Positions 19,533 through 29,358 are shown, counted from the first letter of the stretch. The stretch is 64,000 bases of DNA from Candidatus Thorarchaeota archaeon SMTZ1-45 (GCA_001563335.1 LRSL01000076.1:23225-87224); one strand, 5' to 3'. A program made the numbers and translations. The notes: generated from the sequence alone by a model not told the origin.

Positions 19533-19564
19533 GACAGGAGCATCTATTATAGGGTGCTCCTGTC
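19533..19564. terminator. Strong hairpin between convergent genes
   Basis: GACAGGAGCA...TGCTCCTGTC 10-bp inverted repeat downstream of the ferredoxin gene. Confidence 0.6.
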
Positions 19565-19589
19565 AGCGACATTCATTCATCTTTCTAGT

Positions 19590-19847
19590 TCATCTCACAT
19601 TATATGGTTCTCCAAGTACAGAATCGAAGAACTCCTTAAGCGACTCATCATTGATGTTGACTCTTACATGAGCAAAATCATCATGGCTTGGATCAAATGT
19701 CCCCATGACCCTTTCAATCTGTGAATCATCATCAAGCATAAGGATTGTTCTGGCTTCGTCAACCTCTTCATGCATCTCGAATTTCTCACGAATCTTGTTC
19801 ATGCATTCTCGAAATTTATCCGGACTCACTTTGTAGAAGAGTTTCAT
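19590..19847 (-). CDS. Small hypothetical protein
   Basis: 85 aa from MKLFYKV, protein-like acidic alpha/beta composition, fills the gap between genes. Confidence 0.65.
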   Translation of the reverse strand: MKLFYKVSPDKFRECMNKIREKFEMHEEVDEARTILMLDDDSQIERVMGTFDPSHDDFAHVRVNINDESLKEFFDSVLGEPYNVR

Positions 19848-19945
19848 GATGCTGAACAGACCATTTCTAACATTTGAATATAGAGGAAGGTATAAGTTAT
19901 TACATCTGTTAGAAATTTGACCAGACAAGTCGGGAGGACTTTTAC

Positions 19946-21595
19946 TTGATAAATAACCACCACAGAATAATCAGTATATTTATGGTCACACTTCTGTTAT
20001 CTGGGTTCATACCTCTCCTGGTATCCTCAGACTCTTTCATGGTTGAACCACCGAGGGTGTTTACACCCTCTGAATTCACCTGGCAGACCTTAAACAGGAA
20101 CATGAATGTGACCACATTTGTATCACCTGATGGAAGTCATGATGCACTTTGGCACTTCTTGAACAGTGCGCAAGAGAGCATCTATGTCGAGATTTTCGGA
20201 ATAAACAACCCGTACCTGTTAGATTTGATACACGAGCTGCACTCAACTAAACCCACACTTGAAATGAAATTCCTCATTGGATGGAACAGTATTGGCTACT
20301 TCAACCCCAACGATTATGTGGCTAACAACCTAACTCTTCTAGGATACCCAGTCAGGTGGACTAGTGATACAGAGTTTGATTACGCGCATCAGAAATTCGT
20401 GATAATTGACAATAAGACGACGATAGTGCATTCGGGTAACTGGGCAAAGACAAGCTTTCCAGAGGATGGCATGAAAGCCAACAGAGAGTGGAGTATTGCA
20501 ATGACTGATACTGAGGTCACTCAGTATTACAGAAATGTCTTTGATTATGACTGGAGTAATGGTATTGAATATGATGCTGGTACTCATGGAACAGGCGACC
20601 CACTTAGTTACTCAGAAACCAGTAGTACCTATCTCAGACCTTTCGCAACACCAGGTAAGTTCTCTGGTCCTATGAATGTCACACCGATATTTAGTCCAGA
20701 TACAAGTCTTGAGGGCATTCTGTATTGCATCAATGCTGCACAGGTAACTCTGGATATTCAAATACCCTACTTTACCAATTGGAATGCGTCAGGAAGTGTT
20801 GAACAGATTCTCGATGCCATAATCGCCGCCAAGAACCGCGGTGTTACTGTTCGAGTCATCTCTGAGGAGGACTATGATTATGAAGAAGTTGCAGCACTAT
20901 TTCATGTTAATAAAATCCCCATAGTTTGGCAAGACACTCGTTGGTTCTCTGCAAATCACAATAAGGGAATAATAGTTGATGGTAGAATAGTACTAATAAG
21001 TAGTATTAACTACAGTGACAACAGCATTGAGGATAATCGTGAGGCTGGAGTCATTATAGAAAATGAAGAAGTTGCTCAATGGTATCAAGAAGTCTTCGAT
21101 TTTGATTGGAGTATTGCTGACTTTGATCATATAGGCGATGTAAACCTATACTGGACTCCTAATATCCCAACCAGCACATCTGAGATCAATGTGACAGTCT
21201 ATGCTCATGAGTTGTTTTCTACTGGAGTAACTGATGTAAGTTTAGGTATCAAGATTGGAGCTGGAAGTTGGAATAATTACTCAATCACATCAAATGTGTT
21301 TGAATCTGCAGAAGGTGATCTTGAGAATTACTTCTACGTGATCTCTCCGCAAGCTGATGGAACTAATATTACTGTTCAGGCTTCTGTCACAGCAGGGGGA
21401 GTTATGCATGTAGGTATGGAAATGGTCATTCGAGTTCGCGATTCGATTGGATCTGTTATCACAACTCCAACATCCCCTACAACTCCACCAACCACCGCTG
21501 ATCCTTTAATGGAATTAATTATGGAATTGCTCCCATACATCGTGATGGGCCTTGTAGCAATTATTGCAGCTGTCTTCGTCAAAAGACGTAGATAG
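19946..21595 (+). CDS. Secreted phospholipase D-family protein (two HKD motifs), C-terminally membrane anchored
   Basis: HQKFVIID...SGN, HNKGIIVD...SIN, NRE motifs, signal peptide, T/P-rich linker, TM helix plus KRRR. Confidence 0.9.
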   Translation: MINNHHRIISIFMVTLLLSGFIPLLVSSDSFMVEPPRVFTPSEFTWQTLNRNMNVTTFVSPDGSHDALWHFLNSAQESIYVEIFGINNPYLLDLIHELHSTKPTLEMKFLIGWNSIGYFNPNDYVANNLTLLGYPVRWTSDTEFDYAHQKFVIIDNKTTIVHSGNWAKTSFPEDGMKANREWSIAMTDTEVTQYYRNVFDYDWSNGIEYDAGTHGTGDPLSYSETSSTYLRPFATPGKFSGPMNVTPIFSPDTSLEGILYCINAAQVTLDIQIPYFTNWNASGSVEQILDAIIAAKNRGVTVRVISEEDYDYEEVAALFHVNKIPIVWQDTRWFSANHNKGIIVDGRIVLISSINYSDNSIEDNREAGVIIENEEVAQWYQEVFDFDWSIADFDHIGDVNLYWTPNIPTSTSEINVTVYAHELFSTGVTDVSLGIKIGAGSWNNYSITSNVFESAEGDLENYFYVISPQADGTNITVQASVTAGGVMHVGMEMVIRVRDSIGSVITTPTSPTTPPTTADPLMELIMELLPYIVMGLVAIIAAVFVKRRR

Positions 21596-21610
21596 ACTAA
21601 GGAGTTCATA

Positions 21611-21633
21611 AAGGCCCCTCATACTGGGGCCTT
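21611..21633. terminator. Hairpin between convergent genes
   Basis: AAGGCCCC-TCATACT-GGGGCCTT followed by a T-rich tract. Confidence 0.6.
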
Positions 21634-21665
21634 CTCATTTTATTTTTAAAATCAAATGTGATTCA

Positions 21666-22259
21666 CTATTCAGATTTTTCAGCCATTTCTGCAAATTTGA
21701 AACAGCTCTCAGCTTCCTGAGTTTCACCACGTTTCTGATGAAGTCCACCAGCAATACGATAGGCTCTTGCAACAGCAGCCCAGTTTTGTTGAGCATCAAG
21801 GCATAGAGCCAGAGCTTTCCATGTTTCAGGGTCATTTGAATCATACTTGATTGCTTCATTATATGCATGAATTGCTTCATCTATTTTCAACAAACTCTCT
21901 AGAGCTCTTGCTTTCTTTGCCCAAAGTTCTGCACTCTCCGGAGCATACTTGAGACCCTCATCTGCAACACTATTTGCATCTTCAAATGAACCAAGAGTGA
22001 GATATGCTTCTGCTTTGTTTGAATGAGCTCTGAAGTCTTCTTCTGATATACTGATTGCCAAGTCAAAGGTGATGATCGCTTCCCTCTGTTCACCAATGTG
22101 GATGTGAATCAACCCCATCTCATTGAGCGCATCAAGGCTATCAGGTTCGAGCTGGAGTGCACTGCGGTATGTCTCAATCGCTTTCTTGTTCTGACCTTGT
22201 GATCTTAGAGTCCTAGCTCTCTCTACTAGTTCATCGAAGGTCTGCTCAGCTTGAGACAT
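21666..22259 (-). CDS. Tetratricopeptide repeat protein
   Basis: About 5 TPR units (AIETYRSALQLEPD, ALNEMG, AHSNKA, LWAKKA, YNEAIKYDSNDPETW). Confidence 0.88.
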   Translation of the reverse strand: MSQAEQTFDELVERARTLRSQGQNKKAIETYRSALQLEPDSLDALNEMGLIHIHIGEQREAIITFDLAISISEEDFRAHSNKAEAYLTLGSFEDANSVADEGLKYAPESAELWAKKARALESLLKIDEAIHAYNEAIKYDSNDPETWKALALCLDAQQNWAAVARAYRIAGGLHQKRGETQEAESCFKFAEMAEKSE

Positions 22260-22395
22260 GATTAGCTCTCAGCGACTTCTTGTTTTAATCATATTTCGGT
22301 CAGATGTATTGAATTTCCATCAATCCGCAGCAGACGTAAGGATTTTAACAGAGCCACTCTCTCTCCAGTCCATCCTTAATCTAGAGGAAACGCGA

Positions 22396-22959
22396 ATGAA
22401 CACCGATGAAGATACATTCTTCGAAGATGATGACTACGAGGAAGAAGATGAAGAAGACTTCCCTGATGAGGAATTCGATGAAGACGAGGACTACGAAGAA
22501 GACGATTTTGAACCAACAGACACTCTATATGAACCACGTACTGTACGACTCGCTAAGTTTGCTGAAGATCCTTGGCCACCAACAACTTTCATCCTTGTAA
22601 TAATTGGTCTTGTGATGGTTATATTTACGCCACCCGATCTTTGGGCTCTTTGGAATTACTTCCTTATAGCTAATTATTTCATGATTATCGTTGGTGGTGC
22701 AGCATTAGCATTCTCAATTGTTACTTGGAGTCGTGCTGGAAAGCACAGATTGCGATGGGCAGCCGTCACGAATGTATTCGTTGTTATTGCATTAATAATC
22801 TTGGCCACACTAGATACCTTCAGTTGGATGATCTTTCTACAATCTATAATTCCTGGTGTTCAAACACCCATCATCAGCTTAGCTATGGTGTTGGCAGTGT
22901 TTTCGATATACTCACTGTGGGTCATTCAAAGAAACTTTGCAGCTCCCAAGCGAAAGTAA
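22396..22959 (+). CDS. Four-TM membrane protein with highly acidic N-terminal tail
   Basis: ATG 22396 after GAGG, D/E-rich first ~45 aa, four hydrophobic helices. Confidence 0.7.
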   Translation: MNTDEDTFFEDDDYEEEDEEDFPDEEFDEDEDYEEDDFEPTDTLYEPRTVRLAKFAEDPWPPTTFILVIIGLVMVIFTPPDLWALWNYFLIANYFMIIVGGAALAFSIVTWSRAGKHRLRWAAVTNVFVVIALIILATLDTFSWMIFLQSIIPGVQTPIISLAMVLAVFSIYSLWVIQRNFAAPKRK

Positions 22960-22969
22960 GGTGATTGAA

Positions 22970-23338
22970 ATGAGTGATAGCGTGGCAACGCTAGATGAGC
23001 TCATCTCTCTCATTCGTGAATTTATACAAGAGAGAAATTGGGAGCAATACAATAAACCATCTGCTTTAGCTGTTTCAGCAGCTATTGAAGTAGGTGAACT
23101 TCTCGAGCTATTTCAATGGAAGTCCGATAACGAGATATTAGAAGCTATAGAAACTGAGGAGTTCAGCACAGCACTTGCGAGTGAGATTGCTGATGTGATG
23201 GTCTATCTACTTCGAATCTGTGATAAAGCAGGTATTGACCCGACAAAGGCAATAATTGAGAAAATGAGAGAAAACTCAAAAAAGTACCCTGTCGAAGATT
23301 GGAAGGGAAAGGCTCCTAGTAAGCTCAATAGGACCTAA
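22970..23338 (+). CDS. MazG-like nucleotide pyrophosphohydrolase (dCTPase type)
   Basis: FIQERNWEQY, IEVGELLELFQW, EIADVMVYL, KKYP. Confidence 0.9.
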   Translation: MSDSVATLDELISLIREFIQERNWEQYNKPSALAVSAAIEVGELLELFQWKSDNEILEAIETEEFSTALASEIADVMVYLLRICDKAGIDPTKAIIEKMRENSKKYPVEDWKGKAPSKLNRT

Positions 23339-24122
23339 CGAGTCGACTATATAGTTCTGGTTTCCTATCAGATATCACATGATTACGCTTTGTCATCATT
23401 TTATCATCAGCTACATGAGGGTCAATATCAACAAAAGCAAGTTCCACTTCATCTTCAGATAGGCTTGCTAACCTTGTCCCAATTGTATTAGTAATCTGCG
23501 ACTTACCTGAGAATTCTATCCCTCTCTCGATTCCAACCCTATTTGCTGTGGCTGTAAATACAGAATTTTCAATAGACCTAGTAATCATTGCATCTTGACA
23601 ATAGGGAAGGACAAGATTCGCTGGATGTAGTATCACTTGTGCCCCTTTGAGCATTAGTACTCTTGATATTTCTGGAAACGCCCAGTCAAAACAAATCATT
23701 ACACCAAATTTGGCATTCTTGAAGTCAACCACAGGAGGCTCCTCATCTCCTGAAATAAACCAATCCTTCTCGTTCATGAAAAGATGGATCTTTCGATATG
23801 TTGTAATATGAGTCCCATTGGCGAAGACAGCAGCAGAATTGAATAGTCCTCTTCGAGTTCGTTCACAAATACCCGCTACAACAAGTCGGTCTGCCTTTGA
23901 CCAAGAGCGAAGCTCCCTTGAGAAACTACCCTGAGATATTTCCTCCGCTGCGAATTTTGCCTCATCCATATTCTCAAAGGCATAGCCAGAATTACAAAGT
24001 TCTGGAAGAACAAGTACATCAACCTGATTATCTTCCGCCTTCTTGAGAATCGATTTCACTCTCAAGAGGTTCTCATAGGCATCAATGAGTAATGGTTCCA
24101 TTTGTCCAACTGCAAGTCTCAT
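23325..24122 (-). CDS. Nitrilase/carbon-nitrogen hydrolase
   Basis: Catalytic triad context LPEL, YRKIHL, ICFDWAFPE, RSIEN. Confidence 0.92.
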   Translation of the reverse strand: MRLAVGQMEPLLIDAYENLLRVKSILKKAEDNQVDVLVLPELCNSGYAFENMDEAKFAAEEISQGSFSRELRSWSKADRLVVAGICERTRRGLFNSAAVFANGTHITTYRKIHLFMNEKDWFISGDEEPPVVDFKNAKFGVMICFDWAFPEISRVLMLKGAQVILHPANLVLPYCQDAMITRSIENSVFTATANRVGIERGIEFSGKSQITNTIGTRLASLSEDEVELAFVDIDPHVADDKMMTKRNHVISDRKPELYSRLVRSY

Positions 24123-24225
24123 CCTAGTTTCGCCTTATTTCCACATAATTTAGTACGCTTTGTTTCCTTCGGTTGAAACAGAGAATATGCTGCGCCTACA
24201 AGGTGTAGGCGCATATCAAGGCGAA

Positions 24226-25086
24226 CTAGAAAAGACCGTTCTTCATTGCAGTTTGACAGTCACAACTTGCATCCTTGGGAATGTTCGAAATCATCTCGAA
24301 TGTGAGCTTCCTAACTCTCTCAACATTCTCCGACATTGTCTTCAAGACCATCGCGTGTGTGACATGTTCCTCTCCATGAACATCATAGTCAGTTGGCATA
24401 GAGATGTTCACGAAACAAATACCAGCCTCACGAGCTAATGCTGCTTCGGGATAAGCGGTCATTCCAATCACTTCCCATCCCTGGTTATGATAGAACATTG
24501 ATTCTGCAGCAGTTGAGAATCTTGGTCCGTTGATGCACACATATGTACCTTTCTCATGGACCTTGTATCCTACCTGTGCTGCTGTGTCGATTGCAACTTT
24601 TCTAAGTTCAGGACAGAATGGTTCTGCAAAAGGAAGATGGGCAATTGTTCCCTCTTCAAAGAAGGTGTCTTTTCGAACTCCAAAGGTTCTATCAAAGAGT
24701 TGATCAGCTATCACAAACTCACCAAGCTTGATTCTCTTTGGCTGAAGACTTCCACAAGCTGCAGGACTGATAATTCGTCTTACACCAAGGGCTTTCATTC
24801 CCCAAATGTTCGCTCGATAATTGATCATATGCGGCGCAATTGTATGTCCTCTCGCATGTCTTGCAAGAAATGCAAATGATCTGCCCTTTACTATTCCAAG
24901 AATGAAACTATCAGATGGTGCTCCAAATGGTGTGAACACCTTGACCTCAATCGGATTCTCAATAACGTCCGAATCATAATTTCCAGAACCGCCAAACATA
25001 CCAATCTCAATGGGCAGTATTTTGTTGATCTCATCTGACTTAGTCTTATCTATTGGAACCACAGATAGTTTTGCTTCAAACGCCAT
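24226..25086 (-). CDS. mtnP: S-methyl-5'-thioadenosine (purine nucleoside) phosphorylase
   Basis: GGSG, TPFGAPS, LARHARGH, NYRANIW, GPRFSTAAE, GMTAYPEAALARE, TDYD. Confidence 0.9.
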   Translation of the reverse strand: MAFEAKLSVVPIDKTKSDEINKILPIEIGMFGGSGNYDSDVIENPIEVKVFTPFGAPSDSFILGIVKGRSFAFLARHARGHTIAPHMINYRANIWGMKALGVRRIISPAACGSLQPKRIKLGEFVIADQLFDRTFGVRKDTFFEEGTIAHLPFAEPFCPELRKVAIDTAAQVGYKVHEKGTYVCINGPRFSTAAESMFYHNQGWEVIGMTAYPEAALAREAGICFVNISMPTDYDVHGEEHVTHAMVLKTMSENVERVRKLTFEMISNIPKDASCDCQTAMKNGLF

Positions 25087-25100
25087 ACTACATTTCCACC

Positions 25101-25766
25101 CTATTTCTTCATTCTCCACGCTTTGTCGAGAGGGTACTCGATGACGCCTAGAAAACCCATGTGTGCTTTAATTTTAGATAGCTGGTCATCGGAAACTACG
25201 ACATTGTTATACTCACGTAGATGTTTCTTCAATTCCTGGGTGCTTAGTTCCTTCACTTTCTCTCCTTCAAAGATCTTAGTAATGAGCGCAGTCATGTCTT
25301 CGTAGAAATTCCATGGCCAAATCTCCCATGCCCATGCTACCTCTACACCAAAATAGTCTGGAACGAATTTAGACCCAGCAATATGCATCAATGTTGCACT
25401 TCTAACATCAGATGGTCCGCACTCTTTCACATGGTTGACTGCCATGGTGAGGCTCTCTCCAGTATCTGTGATGTCATCAACAACGAGCACACTCTTACCA
25501 ACAACATCACCTGTGAGAGGGCAGGTAAGCTTAGCTCTACCATCCTTTGTTGCTGTAACTCCCCAGTGATCAATCTTCACAGAGAAGAGATCCTTGACGC
25601 CAAGAAGATCACATTGAATTCTTGCATGGACCCACCCACCTCGTGCAATACCAACGATTGCATCAGGCTTCCATCCTGACTCTTTGATTCTTGCAGCAGT
25701 TTGGTATGCATAGTTATAGATGTCATCAAAATCAAGCACATAACATAATGAACCTTTCAGTTCCAT
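25101..25766 (-). CDS. Type I phosphoribosyltransferase (purine HGPRT/XGPRT-like)
   Basis: IVGIARGG, VLVVDDITDTGESL PRPP-binding loop, PDY, WPW. Confidence 0.9.
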   Translation of the reverse strand: MELKGSLCYVLDFDDIYNYAYQTAARIKESGWKPDAIVGIARGGWVHARIQCDLLGVKDLFSVKIDHWGVTATKDGRAKLTCPLTGDVVGKSVLVVDDITDTGESLTMAVNHVKECGPSDVRSATLMHIAGSKFVPDYFGVEVAWAWEIWPWNFYEDMTALITKIFEGEKVKELSTQELKKHLREYNNVVVSDDQLSKIKAHMGFLGVIEYPLDKAWRMKK

Positions 25767-25881
25767 AATAGTCAGCCACCGAGGTAACGATGTCTTTCAG
25801 ACTATGATAAAAAGATGTTCATACCAATATGACCAGTAACAATAATAGGGTACCCCGCACTTGTTGACACTTTGAATCATC

Positions 25882-26196
25882 ATGTCGAATGAAGAGAAAT
25901 GTGTGGGCAAAGAACCTAGAAAGGTTATTGCGCGAGTGATAAGTCAGGAAGGGTACTGTGCAATCGGTCATAAAGTGGGCGACATTGTTGAGTTTGACCA
26001 TTTTGGTGTGAAGGGTGATATCTGTGTGAATGCATTGTTCACCATGTTGCCAGTTGTCTATGCAATGATGCACAATGCCTATTTCCCCTGGGCTGAGGAC
26101 CAATGCAAAGAACTCCATGCATGCCCAGATCCTAAGAATCCTGTTGTCTTTGAATTAGACAGGACTCAACCCATGGAGCGCAAAGCATCGGGCTGA
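25882..26196 (+). CDS. TIGR04076-like Cys-containing protein
   Basis: GYCAIGHKVGD...ICVNA...ACPDPKNPVVFEL signature. Confidence 0.75.
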   Translation: MSNEEKCVGKEPRKVIARVISQEGYCAIGHKVGDIVEFDHFGVKGDICVNALFTMLPVVYAMMHNAYFPWAEDQCKELHACPDPKNPVVFELDRTQPMERKASG

Positions 26197-26198
26197 TT

Positions 26199-27056
26199 CT
26201 ACAATAGTTCAACTGATAAAGAGTCAAACTTCCCTGGTTGATAGGATACTTGTATTGAAAAAGCCTCTCCTTCTTCGACTTCAATTGGATTGACTAATGG
26301 TATGAAGAGCTGTTTCCATCCATCTTCCATCTGAAGGTGTATATTATTCCATAGCTTTGATTCAAACACTCCTACAAGTCCATGGACAGTCCCACTATCT
26401 ACAGCTTTGAAATGCAAAGTCCTATCAACCACAGTTTTTTCTTTCAGATTCATTAAATCAAAGGTTTCCAGAATTTCCATATCCGCCAGGTCTCTTATAG
26501 CACTGGGAGTTACTGTTTGAACAACTCGTGGAAACTGTAGGTTCCCATAGTAGAATCTCTCCCATATTTCAGAACTTTCAACTGGTACGATAAACACTGT
26601 AATCTCTTGAGGTAGAATCACTCCATCGATTTTCAGTACATACTCTACAGCATGGTGGCATGCAGGTATCTGCTGTTCAACGAGCATTATGGATGAAAGC
26701 ATCTCGCAAATCACAACATCTGCCTTTTCGATAGGAATGAAGTCTGAAAAGCTCCCCTCAAAGAAATCAATGATGTTTTCCACAGAGTTCATCATCACAG
26801 CTTTTCTTGCATAATCCAAAGACTCCGGGTTTACGTCTATTGCTGTAACTCTATTTGCTCCCGCCTTTGCAGCAAGTATCGCTAAGACTCCCGATCCAGT
26901 TCCAATATCGACAACATAATCCCCTTTCTTTACGACGTTCCTGATAGCCTGATGGAACTTGTCCAAACGAGATCTCTGACCAAGGAGACTAGCTGCATGT
27001 AACACACTGAATGGAGTTGCATACTCTCGGTCGGTCATCGTTTTTTGCCATATCAC
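26199..27056 (-). CDS. Protein arginine methyltransferase-like SAM-dependent methyltransferase
   Basis: VVDIGTGSGVLAILAAKAGA, ADVVICEMLSSIMLVE (double-E loop), beta-barrel C-domain with HGLVGVF and GWKQLFIPL. Confidence 0.8.
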   Translation of the reverse strand: MIWQKTMTDREYATPFSVLHAASLLGQRSRLDKFHQAIRNVVKKGDYVVDIGTGSGVLAILAAKAGANRVTAIDVNPESLDYARKAVMMNSVENIIDFFEGSFSDFIPIEKADVVICEMLSSIMLVEQQIPACHHAVEYVLKIDGVILPQEITVFIVPVESSEIWERFYYGNLQFPRVVQTVTPSAIRDLADMEILETFDLMNLKEKTVVDRTLHFKAVDSGTVHGLVGVFESKLWNNIHLQMEDGWKQLFIPLVNPIEVEEGEAFSIQVSYQPGKFDSLSVELL

Positions 27057-27152
27057 ATCTTACTTATAATACAGATGTGAGCCAACAACTGTCACACAAG
27101 AAGACAAGTTCTTGATGGACAACCGACACTGAGTGAGAAGGTTAGTACTGAC

Positions 27153-28313
27153 GTGTCTGAAGAAATCATCAACTCAGCAATGAAGGCTCTCGAGGAAGGA
27201 CGTCCTCAAGATGCAATAGATGCACTTAAGCCACTTGTTGAAGAGGATGATGAGAATGTGGATGCACTTGTCTGTCTTGGAATGGCATATGTTCAAGCAG
27301 AAATGCCAAAAGAAGCTGTCAACGTTCTTGAACAGGCAGAGGAGCTTGTTGAACAACATTGCATTGTTGAACTATTCCTAGGCAGGGCTCTCTGGGCACT
27401 TGGCAAGATTGACCATGCAGAAGATAGGATTCGAGAAGCTCATAGACTCGATTCTTCAGAACCAGAGGTCTGGCTTGACTTGGCACGAATTCTATACAGA
27501 AAAAATGAGTATAGAGAAGCATTAGGATATCTCCAACAAGCTACTGAGAGATTTCCTGATGAAGTTGAATTGGTAGGTCTCTTTGCACTTACACTATACC
27601 GGTTAGGCGATTTTACAGCTGCTACTGAGGAGTGGGCTAAGGTCCACAGACTGAACACGGATCTAATGTCTGCAGTATCAAACTACGCTTACCTTTTACT
27701 TATTCAAAATAGGATTTTTGAAGCTGCACCATTCGTTGGGCATGCGAATATTGTTGATCCTGATGACTATCGTGCCCAAATTCTTCTCGGTGAGCTTAGA
27801 TTTCTAGCTGGTGAGCACGATGGTGCAAAGGAATGTTTCCAGCGTGTGGTTGATGAAGATCCCACGAATATTGAGGCTCTTTCCAGACTCGCTGTTCTTG
27901 CTCACTTGGCATGTGATGATCGTACATGCCAACATTTCTTGATGCGTGCAGAAGCTGAGCTTGGAAGAGATCCTGAATCTTGGAGAGGTCTATGCGGAGT
28001 CTACCCTCTTTTAGGAATGAACGAAAAGTACATCGAATGTTTGGTTCGATGGACGAAATCAGATCTTGGAGCAGCTTCTCCTTGGGTGGCATTAGCTATT
28101 GAATATGATAAGCAAGGAAAACTAGAATATGCTCGAAATGCTTGGAGAGTTGTTTTCGAGCTAAGAGGGTACGTTAAGATACACTGCAAAAGTTGTAACA
28201 CCGAGTCTAGATTTCCATACGATGAAACAAATGGATTTGATATTTACCAGTCTAAAGTATGTCATACCTGTGGTGCAAAGATTAACATGCCAGCTGGCCT
28301 CGCAGCTACATAA
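27153..28313 (+). CDS. TPR protein with C-terminal zinc ribbon
   Basis: Numerous TPR-like helical pairs, then CKSC...CHTC. Confidence 0.85.
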   Translation: MSEEIINSAMKALEEGRPQDAIDALKPLVEEDDENVDALVCLGMAYVQAEMPKEAVNVLEQAEELVEQHCIVELFLGRALWALGKIDHAEDRIREAHRLDSSEPEVWLDLARILYRKNEYREALGYLQQATERFPDEVELVGLFALTLYRLGDFTAATEEWAKVHRLNTDLMSAVSNYAYLLLIQNRIFEAAPFVGHANIVDPDDYRAQILLGELRFLAGEHDGAKECFQRVVDEDPTNIEALSRLAVLAHLACDDRTCQHFLMRAEAELGRDPESWRGLCGVYPLLGMNEKYIECLVRWTKSDLGAASPWVALAIEYDKQGKLEYARNAWRVVFELRGYVKIHCKSCNTESRFPYDETNGFDIYQSKVCHTCGAKINMPAGLAAT

Positions 28314-28326
28314 TGAGATGCTATAG

Positions 28327-28776
28327 ATGAACGAGAGAAGATATCCTTCTATTCCTATTCCTGGAGTAGGGGCAATTGTTGTAGGACAAAAAGGTGTTCT
28401 TTTAGCCAGGCGTGATAAAGATCCAGGAAAGGGTCTCTGGAGCATCCCGGGAGGGGGTGTCGAGCTTGGCGAAACACAGGAGGCTTCTGTAATTCGAGAA
28501 GTGGAAGAAGAAACTGGAGTGGAGTGTGAGGTAGTGGATTTTGTGAGTACTGCTGATTTAATAACTAGGGACTCATCCGGAGCGGTTGAATTCCATTTTC
28601 TTCTAAACCATTTTCTCGCACGCGCAATTACTGAGAAGATACGTTCTGAAACTGAGGAGGGTGAGGTTAACTGGTTTCATCCTGATAGTCTTCCTGATGA
28701 CATGGCTAGTCAAAGAATTGTAGATCTTATTCAATCAGTACATGATAGAATTCTCGTAATTATGAACGAAACATAA
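28327..28776 (+). CDS. NUDIX hydrolase (MutT/ADP-ribose pyrophosphatase-like)
   Basis: Nudix box GGGVELGETQEASVIREVEEETG. Confidence 0.95.
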   Translation: MNERRYPSIPIPGVGAIVVGQKGVLLARRDKDPGKGLWSIPGGGVELGETQEASVIREVEEETGVECEVVDFVSTADLITRDSSGAVEFHFLLNHFLARAITEKIRSETEEGEVNWFHPDSLPDDMASQRIVDLIQSVHDRILVIMNET

Positions 28777-28890
28777 GACACCAGTATTATACTACTATAT
28801 ATCAATAATTGATATTGCCACGAAATATAAAAGCCAACAGATAATCAGAGAGTACGAGTCTTTCCAGACATAAGGACGTGTAGAAATACT

Positions 28891-29358
28891 ATGTTCAGAA
28901 CAATAATGGCGTTACTAATTTGTTTAGTGACCGCAATCATAATCGGGGCTTTCCAAATACTTGGCCTCGACCTTGCAGGAATTCAAGCTATAATTGGTAG
29001 CTCAAATATCACTAATGAATTGATGGCAAGAGGCGCACTACTCTTTGGAACAATGTTGTTCCCATATACCGCAGCGACCTCCGCAACACCCATTTACTCG
29101 CCACTTGTGGCACTTGGTGTTGCTGGTTTCATAGCTGGTCTTATTTCTAAGAGTGGAGTTAGGATGCTCTTTGTTTCAATCATTGCAATGGTTCTTTTCT
29201 TCCTTGGATTTTATGTCCTAAGCTACGCTGGAGATCCAACCAATGTTTCTGAAATGCTGAACATAGCTCGAACTTTTGCTATAGATTTCGGTGTTTCATT
29301 TGCGCTACTCTTTATACCTGGAATAATTGGTGCATCACTTACATCTGAGGACTACTAG
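28891..29358 (+). CDS. Hypothetical multi-pass membrane protein
   Basis: 4-5 hydrophobic helices. Confidence 0.7.
   Translation: MFRTIMALLICLVTAIIIGAFQILGLDLAGIQAIIGSSNITNELMARGALLFGTMLFPYTAATSATPIYSPLVALGVAGFIAGLISKSGVRMLFVSIIAMVLFFLGFYVLSYAGDPTNVSEMLNIARTFAIDFGVSFALLFIPGIIGASLTSEDY

Noticed and set aside
19485-19570. 3' hairpins of the ferredoxin gene as a SECIS element
   Set aside because: The gene has no in-frame TGA (all ligands are Cys, stop is TAG) and no clear SECIS core motif.
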